A DNA stretch of 64,000 nt from a virus: the IMG/VR virus record IMGVR_UViG_3300036861_000610, positions 83,890 to 147,889 of that record. One strand, 5' to 3'. Made by a program: the position numbers and the translations under genes. Positions 39,143 through 48,316 of this stretch are shown here, in pieces. A model generated the notes under the pieces. The model saw nothing but the letters and a program-made list of their open reading frames with translations. It made no database searches and was not told the origin of the DNA. Numbering within the stretch: the first letter of the stretch is position 1; every line of letters starts with the position of its first letter.

Positions 39143-39583
39143 TCAGGCCGCGTCCGCCAGGGCCGCCAGGCGGTCGGCGAGCAGGTTCAGGACGACGGCG
39201 GCGGTCTCCCCGTCCCAGCCCTCAACCATGGTCTCGATGACCTCCTCGCGGGTCTGGCCGGCGGCGTTGACGCCGTCCTTGTTGAAGCCGTCCTTGTCGA
39301 AGCCCTGGCGGTTGTAGCCGTCGGCGTCGAGGCCGGTCGCCGGGTCGTAGCCGCCGCGCACGCCCTTGGCGTTGCGGCCGTCGGAGTCGACGAAGCCGCC
39401 GACCGGCGTCCGGACGCCGAGGTCGCGCAGCAGCATCTCCAGGCCGACGTCGACGAGGTTGGCGTAGCCGTTGTCGCGACCGAGCCGCACGGCCCGGTCG
39501 ATGAGCCACGGGATGTACGGGGCGGCGTCGCGGGCATTGGGGGCGACGGGACGGTACGGGGCGGTGGGGGCGGTGATGGTCAT
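39143..39583 (-). CDS. G[YF][ND]xx pentapeptide-repeat protein, paralog 1
   Basis: GLDAD GYNRQ GFDKD GFNKD GVNAA GQTR...VEGWDGE. Confidence 0.75.
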   Translation of the reverse strand: MTITAPTAPYRPVAPNARDAAPYIPWLIDRAVRLGRDNGYANLVDVGLEMLLRDLGVRTPVGGFVDSDGRNAKGVRGGYDPATGLDADGYNRQGFDKDGFNKDGVNAAGQTREEVIETMVEGWDGETAAVVLNLLADRLAALADAA

Positions 39584-39593
39584 GTTGGGTTCT

Positions 39594-39663
39594 CTCCCTC
39601 TTGGTTTTACCCCTACGTAGGGGTGCGATGACTAGTCTGCGCAACCAAGAGGGTGAGTGTCAA
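39594..39663 (-). promoter_or_regulatory. sigma70/HrdB-like promoter with overlapping inverted repeats
   Basis: Minus strand TTGACA (39663-39658)-18 nt-CAGACT; CCCTCTTGGTT/AACCAAGAGGG inverted pair; palindrome ACCCCTACGTAGGGGT (39609-39624). Confidence 0.6.
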
Positions 39664-39666
39664 GCG

Positions 39667-39852
39667 TCAGGGGAGAGGGATTTCCCCTGTTGCGGCCCAG
39701 TGCCGGTACTGCTCCCAGGTCATCTCCAAGTATTCGGGCAAATCCACCTGAGCGGCCAAGGATCCTATGGGCGCCTCATGCCACCGGGCAACATGGCTGT
39801 CGATCTCTTCCGCCGTAACGACGCCTCGGCGAAGGTCTTCTAGGAAGGTCAT
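39667..39852 (-). CDS. Small hypothetical protein
   Basis: ATGA overlap; WHE...LPEYLEMTWEQY. Confidence 0.55.
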   Translation of the reverse strand: MTFLEDLRRGVVTAEEIDSHVARWHEAPIGSLAAQVDLPEYLEMTWEQYRHWAATGEIPLP

Positions 39853-40205
39853 CTGTTCCCCCACAGACCTGTGGCCTCGTCCCAAATCCAGCCGTCCGGC
39901 GTGGTGGTCTCCAGGGGGGCGAGCACCACCTGGGCATCAAGACGCCACCTGCGGCCCACGTCCTGCTGTTCGGCCAGCTCAACAAAACAGATCGGGCAGA
40001 TGATTTCCTGCCAGCTCCAGGGACCTCCGATGGAGCCCCCACGCATCACGGCATTCCACAATGGGCTGGGGGCAGACCAGGAAACGTTGCGCCCTCCGCA
40101 GCGATGGCAGAAACGTTCTGGATGAACGCGGCGGACCCGCCACAGCGCGATGCGGACAGCCGCCAGGACACGGGAGAATCGGGAACGGTGCTCGGGAATG
40201 CTCAC
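39849..40205 (-). CDS. Zn-finger hypothetical protein
   Basis: CHRC ... CPICF. Confidence 0.55.
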   Translation of the reverse strand: MSIPEHRSRFSRVLAAVRIALWRVRRVHPERFCHRCGGRNVSWSAPSPLWNAVMRGGSIGGPWSWQEIICPICFVELAEQQDVGRRWRLDAQVVLAPLETTTPDGWIWDEATGLWGNR

Positions 40206-40714
40206 TGGTTGCCCACTGGCTGCACCATGGTCTCGTCCCAGCCTTCATCCCAGGGATAGCGATGCTCAGCGTCGGGCCACACGTACTGTGCCATCGGAAC
40301 GTCTCGGCCGTAGTAGGCGCGAGCGACGCCGACATGCAGTTCACCAGCCACGCGGGGCACGAAAATCTTGGACTTGAGAATGAACCCGTTGGCCATCGGC
40401 CATTCGGCTGGTGGGATGAGCTGCAGGTGGTTGAGCATGTGGCCGGCGATCTGGTTGATGATCTCGGCGCCTTGCCGGTAGGGCAGGCCGGCAATCATCA
40501 GCTCCGCGGTGCAGTTCCGTTCCATCAACCCAATGGTGTAGACGTAGTCGAACTTCTGCCAGCTGGTGAGGGTAGAGAAGACGGCCTGCATGGCCCAGCC
40601 GCTGTCTCGGATGGTGGCCTTTACCTGGTCCAGCCAGGCTTGAGTCTGTAGCTCTCCACCGCTGGGGGAGCCAATGTCGTCATGAAACGGCTTCGACACT
40701 TTCCGGATCTCCAT
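40202..40714 (-). CDS. DUF4262-like protein
   Basis: GWAMQAV...YTIGL...ELMIAGL...QYVWPD...YPW. Confidence 0.7.
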   Translation of the reverse strand: MEIRKVSKPFHDDIGSPSGGELQTQAWLDQVKATIRDSGWAMQAVFSTLTSWQKFDYVYTIGLMERNCTAELMIAGLPYRQGAEIINQIAGHMLNHLQLIPPAEWPMANGFILKSKIFVPRVAGELHVGVARAYYGRDVPMAQYVWPDAEHRYPWDEGWDETMVQPVGNQ

Positions 40715-41276
40715 ATCCAGCGGCTCGCAGGAGCCGCGTCATGTGGTGCAGGGTCATTACTCGATACCAGCGCTCGGGGGCATCCTTCGTGCCGGGCGGC
40801 TTTAAGGCCAGGGCGAAGACTTCTCTTGGGGCCAGGTTCAAGGTACGGATCGAGCCCGAAAACTCCAGGGCCAATGTCCGAGCGCCATAGGGTCCAGGTT
40901 GTCCATTGACGACGAACATGGGCGTTACGGCTGCGGCGGCCTTGGCCACCAAGGCATCGAAGTCGTGGGCCACCATCACCGCATAGAAGGAGCCGACGCT
41001 CTTCTCGCCCATGCCGAACGGCTTCACGACCAAGACGCCATGGTCGGCTCCTGCGTTCAGTCGTTCAATGCCTGTCTCCGTGAGCCACGGGCCGATCTTC
41101 AGGGTGCCGTTGCCGTACTTCACCTCAACCGCTATCCCTGGCATCCCAGCAATGTCACCCTTGTCGAGATTCCCAGACAGGGCCCGGCGCTCACAGTGCG
41201 GCCATCCGTTTTCGCGGAGGTAGTTAACAACCAGCGTTTCGGTGCTGGTGCCCTTCTGCTTCGACCTGTTGACCAT
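40680..41276 (-). CDS. PD-(D/E)xK Holliday junction resolvase-like nuclease
   Basis: NRSKQKGTSTE, DKGDI, AVEVK. Confidence 0.8.
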   Translation of the reverse strand: MVNRSKQKGTSTETLVVNYLRENGWPHCERRALSGNLDKGDIAGMPGIAVEVKYGNGTLKIGPWLTETGIERLNAGADHGVLVVKPFGMGEKSVGSFYAVMVAHDFDALVAKAAAAVTPMFVVNGQPGPYGARTLALEFSGSIRTLNLAPREVFALALKPPGTKDAPERWYRVMTLHHMTRLLRAAGYGDPESVEAVS

Positions 41277-41285
41277 GTCGGGACC

Positions 41286-41861
41286 TTAGCTGCCCTTGAC
41301 TCTGTTTTTGCGATACCACTCCCTCTGATAGGTCCGCCATTTCTCAGGATCGGCGGCAATGGACCTACGGCGGGATTCGCGGGAACATGTCTTGCAAGCT
41401 CGTCTATTCCCTCCGCCAGGACGGTAGGTGTTCGTCTTGCTGTACGGATGACCCTGGGGGCAATGCGTAACCTTTTCGACCCAGTTGCAATAAGCGTGAG
41501 GGTAGGCACGTCTAAGATTCTCCCCCTGCGACACTGGATCCAGGTGGTCCGGGTTAACACACGGCGGGTTCCGGCACAAATGATCAAGTACTAGCCCCTC
41601 TTCGATTGGCCCGATCAAATGCTCTTAGGCCCATCGATGGGCCGCCCAGTCCTTTTTCGATCCCCTTGGGCCAACGGAAAATCTGCCATGCCCATGAGGC
41701 CCACGGGCCCCATTCCAGATCCAACAATCCCCAGTCGCATCAACCTTCTCCCAGAACCGGACCTCCTTGGTTCGATGGAAAGGAAGGTATCTAACGCTGA
41801 CGGTTCGCACTCTTCCTTCGCACCCGCAAAAACAAATTCGGTCTGGGTTTATCGGGGCCAT
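41286..41861 (-). pseudogene. HNH endonuclease interrupted by an in-frame TAA
   Basis: CWIW...AHRWA*EHLIGPI...[16 protein letters not shown]; stop at 41627-41625 where Tyr is expected. Confidence 0.8.
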
Positions 41862-41863
41862 CT

Positions 41864-44476
41864 CTAAACTGTGTACTCATTCCGCATCGTCCGGACACGA
41901 AATTCTTCGTACTGTTCAGGTCGCGATGCCCTGAACAGGGCCAGATCGAACTTCTCCTCGGTTACTGGACGCACGAAGGTCCGCCATGTGTCAGGGAACT
42001 TCTTCTTGAAGTCTGAACCGCGGAACCGGTCCTCGTACCGGTAGGTAAGAACCTTCACCCCATCGACGGTGCCTATGGTCGCGTCGCCCATAACCTCACT
42101 GAGTGCGTCCTGCGCCTTGGCGTACTCCTTCTGCCAGAACTTGATGTTGTCTGAGCACTCGGCCAGTTTCTTCAGCTTAGACACGTGGGCATCGAGGGCA
42201 ACGACTTCTTCGTCGGGAACCGGTACTTCGTCGATCACTCTTGCTCTTCCTCTCGTGGTTGAAATTCAGTGCATTCGTAGTTCTGTAGACCGATCTCGAC
42301 CCACTCCTGGGGTGTGGTGTCACCGAACATGGCCGCCAAGATGATCGGACAGTCTTCGTTGATGTCGTTGCGACAGTTCTCGCACCAGCGGTAGGACCAC
42401 ATGTCCCAGGAGGAGCCGCTGGAGAAGGCCCTGCCCGGCCGCCCGGTGGTCTGGATCTCGTGAACGTTGCGCACCTACAGCCTTTCAGAACAGTGGAACG
42501 TCTTCGTCCAGCGACTTTGCCTGCGTCTTGATCGCCGAGCGGCTGGTCCCAACGCAGATGGGGCACAGGTGTACGTCCAGTGGTTTGCCAGTCAGGCTTT
42601 TCCCGTGGAACAGGTGCCAGTTCTTCGCGCGGGCGGCGTTGGCTACCACAACACGGGGGCCGGGGTGATTGAACTCCTGACCGCAGGTGTCGCAGGCAAG
42701 GTCGCCAGTTTTCTGCCACATCAGCCATGCCAAGCGCTCATGAAACGCTGGCGGGCAGCAGCGGTGAACATGAGCTTGTCGCCAGGTAGGCGCGAGCTGG
42801 CGTGCCGCGGCTCGTACCTATGAGCCTTGACTACGGCTGCCGGCCACATCTTCAGCCAGAAGTAGATGGTCCAGTACACGTCTCCGAAGAACAGACCTAG
42901 GTCACGGTATGACTGTGGGTTCCGACGCACGTCCATTCCAATAACAGTGGCTACAAAAACGATGAAGGCAATGCCCATAACAGTCCACATTGGAGTCCTC
43001 CTTTACTGCTACTTCACTGGCTCGTAGGCAGTCTTCTGTACTGCCTGCATGAGCATCAGCTCCACCTCCTCGCCTTCGTCGTCGAAGGAGCTGTAGTCGC
43101 CGTCGCCGCTGGAGTGGCGGTAGTAGTAGCCGTAGATTTCTTCGGATCCGATCGCCCGGAGGATCAGGGTGTGCTCGGTGCCCCATCTCCAGGTACCGTC
43201 GACTTCGTTGGATAGGACAACCCAACCGTCCATCTCGTCGCCAGCCGACTGGCAGCTAAGCTCCTGGAGTAGTTCTTTGTCGATCATCATGGGTTCTGGC
43301 CTCTCATTCTTCGAAGAGTGCGACGGTCGAAGTCGCCCATGCGAACAGCCGTGGGCAGATGGCCGAAGTGCCACAGTTCATCGTCCACGGGACATCGGTA
43401 GGGTCGACACTTGCGGTCGACGGTAGCCGCGGCCTTTTTCGCGTCGCTTCTGCTGCGGTAGCACAGCTTGTCGCAGTATTCGCAGGACCAGACGCTGAAG
43501 GTACTCACGATGGCTCTTGCGGGCGCAGCTCCTTCGCCAGCCGAAGCATCGTGTCAGCAACACGGTCCTGGGTCTGTCCGATGGAGTCGTTCCAGCAGTC
43601 CGAATTTTCTCCCACGTAGGTCGACAGAGCCTTACAGGCGCTCGCCCAGAGGTTGCCCTTGAGGGTGGTCCAACCAAGGGTGATGGCGCCATCCTCAGGT
43701 TCACGCTCCACGGCCTCCATGCCGGCGGCGAGCCAGATGGCTCCGTTGGCGCAGCAGTAGACCTTCCCGTCCACAAATTCAAACGGCCGACCCTGGGTCC
43801 AGCCGGCACGGATGTGCTCGGCGGCGATCTCCAGGACGTCGGCCGTGGTTGCTGTGGCGGGATCCAGAACTGATCTCATAGGTCCTCCAGCGTCTTGTTG
43901 GCGTAGTTGCGGACCACCGCCTCGAACCAGAGCTGGAGGGCTGAGAACATCTCGGCAGGTGTCCCGTCCACGCGATTGTGGTAGTGGGCCATCAACTTGT
44001 TAGGACTCTGCCGGTCCAGGCGCCGAACAACGTCTTCGGCAGCTTGGACCTGCAGGTAGTGGCGACGCTCCGGGGTCAGGAGGAGTTGTGCCCGGTCGAG
44101 TACCTCGATAAGGGACATGCCAAGTTCTTTCGCCCTCTGTTCAGCGAGCAGAAACCGTGCATACGTCTGTGGATCAACGGGCACCGGCAGCGGTCCCCAC
44201 CGTCGTCATGGCCATGGTGACGGCGACCTTGGCCAACTGGCCAGCGGGGCCGGCGAGCGCGACTAAGGCCTCGTTTTCGACCTCGTCGTGCGTGGTTGTG
44301 ACGAGCACCTGGAAGGAGTCGGCGGCGATCTTGAGGTTGTCCAGCTCGCGCTGGACGCTGTCGCCGGACACGTGGAGGCCGCCGATCACCATGTGGGTGG
44401 TGACCGGGTGATCAGGTTCATACCCCTCGAACACCTTCTGCAGCTGCTCGTACGAGTTCGATCTCTGTGCCTCCAT
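41864..44476 (-). CDS. Run of nine small hypothetical genes (41864-42238, 42235-42474, 42485-42733, 42721-42990, 43009-43290, 43287-43508, 43505-43879, 43876-44184, 44174-44476), several with CxxC motifs
   Basis: Tightly packed with ATGA/GTGA overlaps and RBSs; no function recognised. Confidence 0.55.
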
Positions 44477-44505
44477 GCGCGTCTCCTGTCGTAGAAAATG
44501 ATGCA

Positions 44506-44577
44506 GGCGCCGGCCGCGACCTTGTGTGTCATACGGCCGGCGCCGCCCTACCTCCCAGTATCAGGGGAGGGTAGGGG
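44506..44577. terminator. Two tandem hairpins downstream of the SLOG gene
   Basis: GGCGCCGGCCG...CGGCCGGCGCC (44506-44544) and CCCTACC...GGTAGGG (44546-44577). Confidence 0.45.
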
Positions 44578-44581
44578 TACG

Positions 44582-45004
44582 TCAAGGGTTGATCAAAGAA
44601 AGTTGCTGGTCAAGGCACCTCGGCCGCCAGGGCGTGCTCCGCACCTCGATGCCGGCCCGGCGGGCCAGATTCATGCAGTTGATCGTCCCCCGAGACCCGG
44701 GCCCCGGGAACCCGAGACAGACCGCGGCCCCCAGGTTGACCATCTTGGCGTTGCGCTCGGGCCCCAGGATGCGGCCGTTTACCTTGCGGGCTGGGTGAGG
44801 TTCAACCTTGAAGCCGTGGGCGATGGCCCACTGCTCGGACCAGAGATCGGCACCGCCGTACTCACACTGGCCGTGGACCAGAACGAACTCAGCTGGAAGT
44901 TGGCAAGCTACTACAAATTCGTCGAGTTTCTGCCAGACGATGTCCTTGTCGGCCTCGGGCCAGTCCCTCCAGCCGGTGGTCAAAATTCTTACAGGAAGTT
45001 CCAT
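44582..45004 (-). CDS. YspA/DUF2493-like SLOG family protein
   Basis: RBS AGGAAGGGG; RILTTGWRDW, LVHG...GGAD, GPERNAKMV, FPG..SRGT.NC. Confidence 0.8.
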   Translation of the reverse strand: MELPVRILTTGWRDWPEADKDIVWQKLDEFVVACQLPAEFVLVHGQCEYGGADLWSEQWAIAHGFKVEPHPARKVNGRILGPERNAKMVNLGAAVCLGFPGPGSRGTINCMNLARRAGIEVRSTPWRPRCLDQQLSLINP

Positions 45005-45030
45005 CGTCGCACCCCTTCCTGAAATCCCTA

Positions 45031-45090
45031 ACCAGACCATGCCCTGCCGTGCCACGCCGGACCTAACCCGACCGAACCTGACCCCACCGA
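45031..45090 (-). ncRNA. Array A: 12 perfect GGY-NN pentamers (putative guide RNA)
   Basis: + strand accag accat gccct gccgt gccac gccgg accta acccg accga acctg acccc accga; intergenic. Expression as RNA is inferred. Confidence 0.75.
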
Positions 45091-45093
45091 GTT

Positions 45094-45636
45094 TTACTCC
45101 TCGATGCCGTGACGTCGGAGCATCTCGACAAGGCGATCGAGGCGATCATCTTTGACCAAGGCATCCTTCTCCGTGAGAGCCTGGCGCTTGTCCAGCCGAA
45201 CAACCTGACGCTCGGTCTTTAACTGTCGCCGAGTGAGCTGGTTCATCATCTCTTCCTGTCGGGCAAGATGAAGCTCGATGGCGCTAAGCCGGCGACGTTC
45301 GGCCGAGTCGAGGCGAGTCTGGTCCACGAAGGTAACAAGTCGCTTAGCTCGACGCGTGCTTCGCCGAGACTTTGCCTGCTGATTCAGCCCCAGTCGCTCC
45401 TGCTCCCGTGACTCCACCATCCGATAGCCAACCTTGCGAACTCGGTCGAAGGCTCGCAGATGCTCCGTAAGCATGCGACCTGCGGCATAGTAAAAGGCCC
45501 CACGGACAGAGGCCTTCGGAGTACCGGGCAACAGGTTGTGCAGGGTCTCGTCTGAGACCACGTCGTCAATCTGCATGGTCCGCAGGTGGTCAAAGATGAC
45601 CTGCCACTGGGGCCGAGTTTCCTTGCTTTGGAACAT
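45094..45636 (-). CDS. Accessory protein of RAMP locus 1 (winged-helix-like N-terminus, coiled-coil C-terminus)
   Basis: GGAGG RBS; VRKVGYR wing-like motif; lies between arrays B and A. Confidence 0.7.
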   Translation of the reverse strand: MFQSKETRPQWQVIFDHLRTMQIDDVVSDETLHNLLPGTPKASVRGAFYYAAGRMLTEHLRAFDRVRKVGYRMVESREQERLGLNQQAKSRRSTRRAKRLVTFVDQTRLDSAERRRLSAIELHLARQEEMMNQLTRRQLKTERQVVRLDKRQALTEKDALVKDDRLDRLVEMLRRHGIEE

Positions 45637-45650
45637 CTTTTGGCCTCCCC

Positions 45651-45930
45651 ACCTAACCGAACCTAGCCCAACCTAGCCTTGCCCGACCTGACCCAACCGA
45701 ACCAAGCCAAGCCCGAGGCCCCTACCCAGCCCAACCCCACCAAGCCGGGCCTGACCGTACCGAACCACAGAAGCCTTACGGTACCCAACCTCACCGGACC
45801 GAACCGCGCCCAGCCAGGCCATAGAAGCTTGTGCCCCCCGACTCCCTACCAAACCCAGCCATGCCCCACCGGACAATGCCTGACCACGCCTAGCCTGACC
45901 GCACCAAACCACACCATGCGGAACCCAACC
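45651..45930 (-). ncRNA. Array B: about 50 GGY-NN pentamers in 4 blocks of 10-17 units
   Basis: RCC-NN period 5 on +; short linkers including AGAA at 45769 and 45823; begins right after the RAMP stop codon. Confidence 0.75.
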
Positions 45931-45936
45931 AAAAAG

Positions 45937-46527
45937 CTAGACGACTTCTACGGCAGCATCAAAGCGCCCATACTGCTGCCTGTAGTCGCCAAATCCATAA
46001 AGCTTTCCACCGATAACGGCAATATCGGTCAGTTCGTCGGCATCAATGACGCCAGGGTCGAGCACGATGTCAGATTCCATCGACCAGTTCTTGAACATGG
46101 GCCGGCAGCGGTCAATCTTCGCCTGGCCGACACGGGCGGAGCGGAAGTCAACAAACTCACTGGCCCCACTGTCACCCCAGAGCCCTTCAATGGTGCGTGG
46201 GCCTTTGTATAGCAGCGGATGGACAAGTTCGACGATGACGATGCCGCCCTCGATCTTCTTGCCGCGCCGGCCCGATCGAGCAGCTTCGAGAAGGTTCTTG
46301 AAGATCCAGCTGGCCGGGATGTACGGGCCGATGCCTTCCTCGAAGTACAGGCCGCCCTCCCACTCCACGCGCGCAATCTCCAACCGATCCTCGTCAGTGC
46401 GCTTGCTCGACGGCTTGGCCTTGTTGAGGCGCGACATCTCCTTGGCGAAGGGGTCGAGCGGTGAAGCAAGGCGCACGTTGTGCATGAGCAGTGGACGTGT
46501 GCCGGTCGCCGTCAGTCTGACCTTCAT
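45937..46527 (-). CDS. Stand-alone Cas7/RAMP-like protein 1 (196 aa)
   Basis: RAMP-like layout: N-terminal strand with G (LTATGTRPLLMH), PYIP..(I)FK..L, R..VG....R.RP.F..W, C-terminal G-rich loop GFGDYRQQYGRF. RBS GGAGAGAG before ATG 46527. Confidence 0.7.
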   Translation of the reverse strand: MKVRLTATGTRPLLMHNVRLASPLDPFAKEMSRLNKAKPSSKRTDEDRLEIARVEWEGGLYFEEGIGPYIPASWIFKNLLEAARSGRRGKKIEGGIVIVELVHPLLYKGPRTIEGLWGDSGASEFVDFRSARVGQAKIDRCRPMFKNWSMESDIVLDPGVIDADELTDIAVIGGKLYGFGDYRQQYGRFDAAVEVV

Positions 46528-46555
46528 GATGGTTCTCTCTCCAGGAGCTGGTGAA

Positions 46556-46867
46556 CTAGTAGGGTCGACTTTCGGTGAGTAGCCTGGCCACGGTGGCGGC
46601 CGTCTGGCCGGTCTCCCGGGCAATGTCTTGGGGCATCATGCCGTTCTGCCTGGCAGCCCTGGCAGCAGAGCGACGAATGGTGGCAGTTCCGCCCATTAAC
46701 TGATCTCGCATCAGGGCAATAACTTCGCCCGCAATAACGATGGTTTGCACTTCGTCGTGGCCGGTGAGGATAGTGGTCAGGCACGCCCGTAGCTGGGCTT
46801 GGGCTGGTGTGTCGACCCACTCGTCCGGTGGCCTCAGTGTGTCTTCGACGAGTTGGTCTTTGATCAT
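46556..46867 (-). CDS. Small protein with C-terminal helix-turn-helix
   Basis: GGAGG RBS; GMMPQDIARETGQTAATVARLL. Confidence 0.7.
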   Translation of the reverse strand: MIKDQLVEDTLRPPDEWVDTPAQAQLRACLTTILTGHDEVQTIVIAGEVIALMRDQLMGGTATIRRSAARAARQNGMMPQDIARETGQTAATVARLLTESRPY

Positions 46868-46985
46868 GTGGTGGACCTCCTGGTGGTGCGCTAACGCTCT
46901 TGGCGGATGCGAAGATCGTAGCTTAGGGGGACGTCCGGGTCACGATCCTGACCTGCGGTTTTCCCTAGTCCTCCTCGTCGTCACA

Positions 46986-48316
46986 TCACCATGGCGCGGC
47001 CTCATACAGCAGGTCGAACCCGTCGTACTCGGGCAGTAGCTGAAGGTCGCAGCCAGTGCAACTGAGTCCTCGTGGATCTTCCAGATGACACTGGCCGCAG
47101 TCGCACTGGCCCTGCCTGTCCTCGCGCTCCCACCGATGTTCGTGTGGCGGCGCCGATACAGCACTGCCCCCAGCTACGGCGCGCTGTTCCTCGCGGTAAG
47201 CAACCTCATCGGCGTAGTCCCCCAGAATGTCCATGTGGGCAAGAAGCCGGAACCCCCACTGGGCATGCCACTCCCACTGCCAGGATGGCCTCTTGATCCA
47301 CGCAATATCGTCCAGTTCCCCCTCGTACGGCTCAAGGATGTAGTAGCGGCTGTACCCGGGGACCCAGTTCAAGGTGTACATCACCGCGCCGCAGAACCAG
47401 AACCAGAACGGCTTCATCCGCGGCTGGTAGCGGGTCACCCTTCTGCTCCTTCAGCCTCCGACTGTCGCAGCCAGTTCTCGATCATGTCTTTGAGAAGGAC
47501 AGTGAGCATCATGCGCAGGTCGTTTTCGTCCATCACCTGAAGGAAGTAGGCCAGCTGGCCGGGTACACAGTAGGGGGGACAGTCATGTCCGTCTTCACGG
47601 TGGTCTTTGACTATGACCAGGAAGACGTTGATGGCGTCGCGAACAGCCATCACGTTGGAGGTGGCGATGATCTGTTCTTCCAGGTCCAGGTCACGGGTAC
47701 GGAAGTGCGACGCATCCACCAGGGGCGGAACAACCGGCTCTGGACCTTCATTTCGGCGGCGACTCCATGGCCACTTCATCGTCTTCACCTCCCGGGAAAC
47801 GCAGGATTGTGGGCCAGTTCTGCTTCAGTTCTTCAATGTCTTCCGGCGTGAGCGTTCCGTGCCGCTTGCAGTCCCGACATTCTTTGCCTGGATTGTGGCC
47901 CACGGAGTACAGCACGTCGGTATGCCGATTGAACCAGCGACATCGCAGCAGAAATGCCGAGCGAAACACCCGGTCACGCCACCGGGTGTCCCACTCGATC
48001 CGTACATTGCGGAAAATTCTCATGGACTGACGTCCTGGATCATGGCCTCTAGCTTGCGCAAGGTGGCCAACATTGCGTCGTGTTGTTCAATGGGCGTTGG
48101 CGGTTCGTATGGGTCCCGCTGGCACCGGGCGCAGTCACTGACCGGATGGTCATAGACCGTTACGAGGTGGTAGCAGTCAGGTCGGCCGGCAACATTCGGG
48201 TGGCATAGGGGTAGCAAATTATGTTCCCCGAAGCCGCCCTCATAGTCGCCCATCTGGCGTCCACAGTGGGTGCAGACATTGGGCCGGATGAACTCCACCT
48301 CCATTGCGTCCCCCAT
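46986..48316 (-). CDS. Four small hypothetical genes (46986-47438, 47435-47788, 47748-48023, 48020-48316)
   Basis: Overlap packing; Cys/His motifs. Confidence 0.5.

Noticed and set aside
37900-39330. 15-nt periodic DNA repeats as a non-coding array
   Set aside because: They encode the G[YF][ND]xx peptide repeats with synonymous variation.
44582-45055. Track start at 45055 for the SLOG gene and at 46623 for RAMP 1
   Set aside because: The extensions run through array A or the upstream gene; clear RBSs support starts at 45004 and 46527.
45651-45930. Simple microsatellite or assembly artefact
   Set aside because: The NN positions are highly diverse while register is conserved, and the arrays occur only beside the two RAMP-like genes.
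45651-45930. Other candidate self-matches for array B blocks (vs IVIAGEV in 46556-46867, NWVPG in 46986-47438, YDLEAERW in 50993-51484) and array C unit 52044 vs GPLT in the pentamer gene
   Set aside because: Only about 40-50% nucleotide identity in the gapped comparison, which is compatible with chance given how many comparisons I tried.
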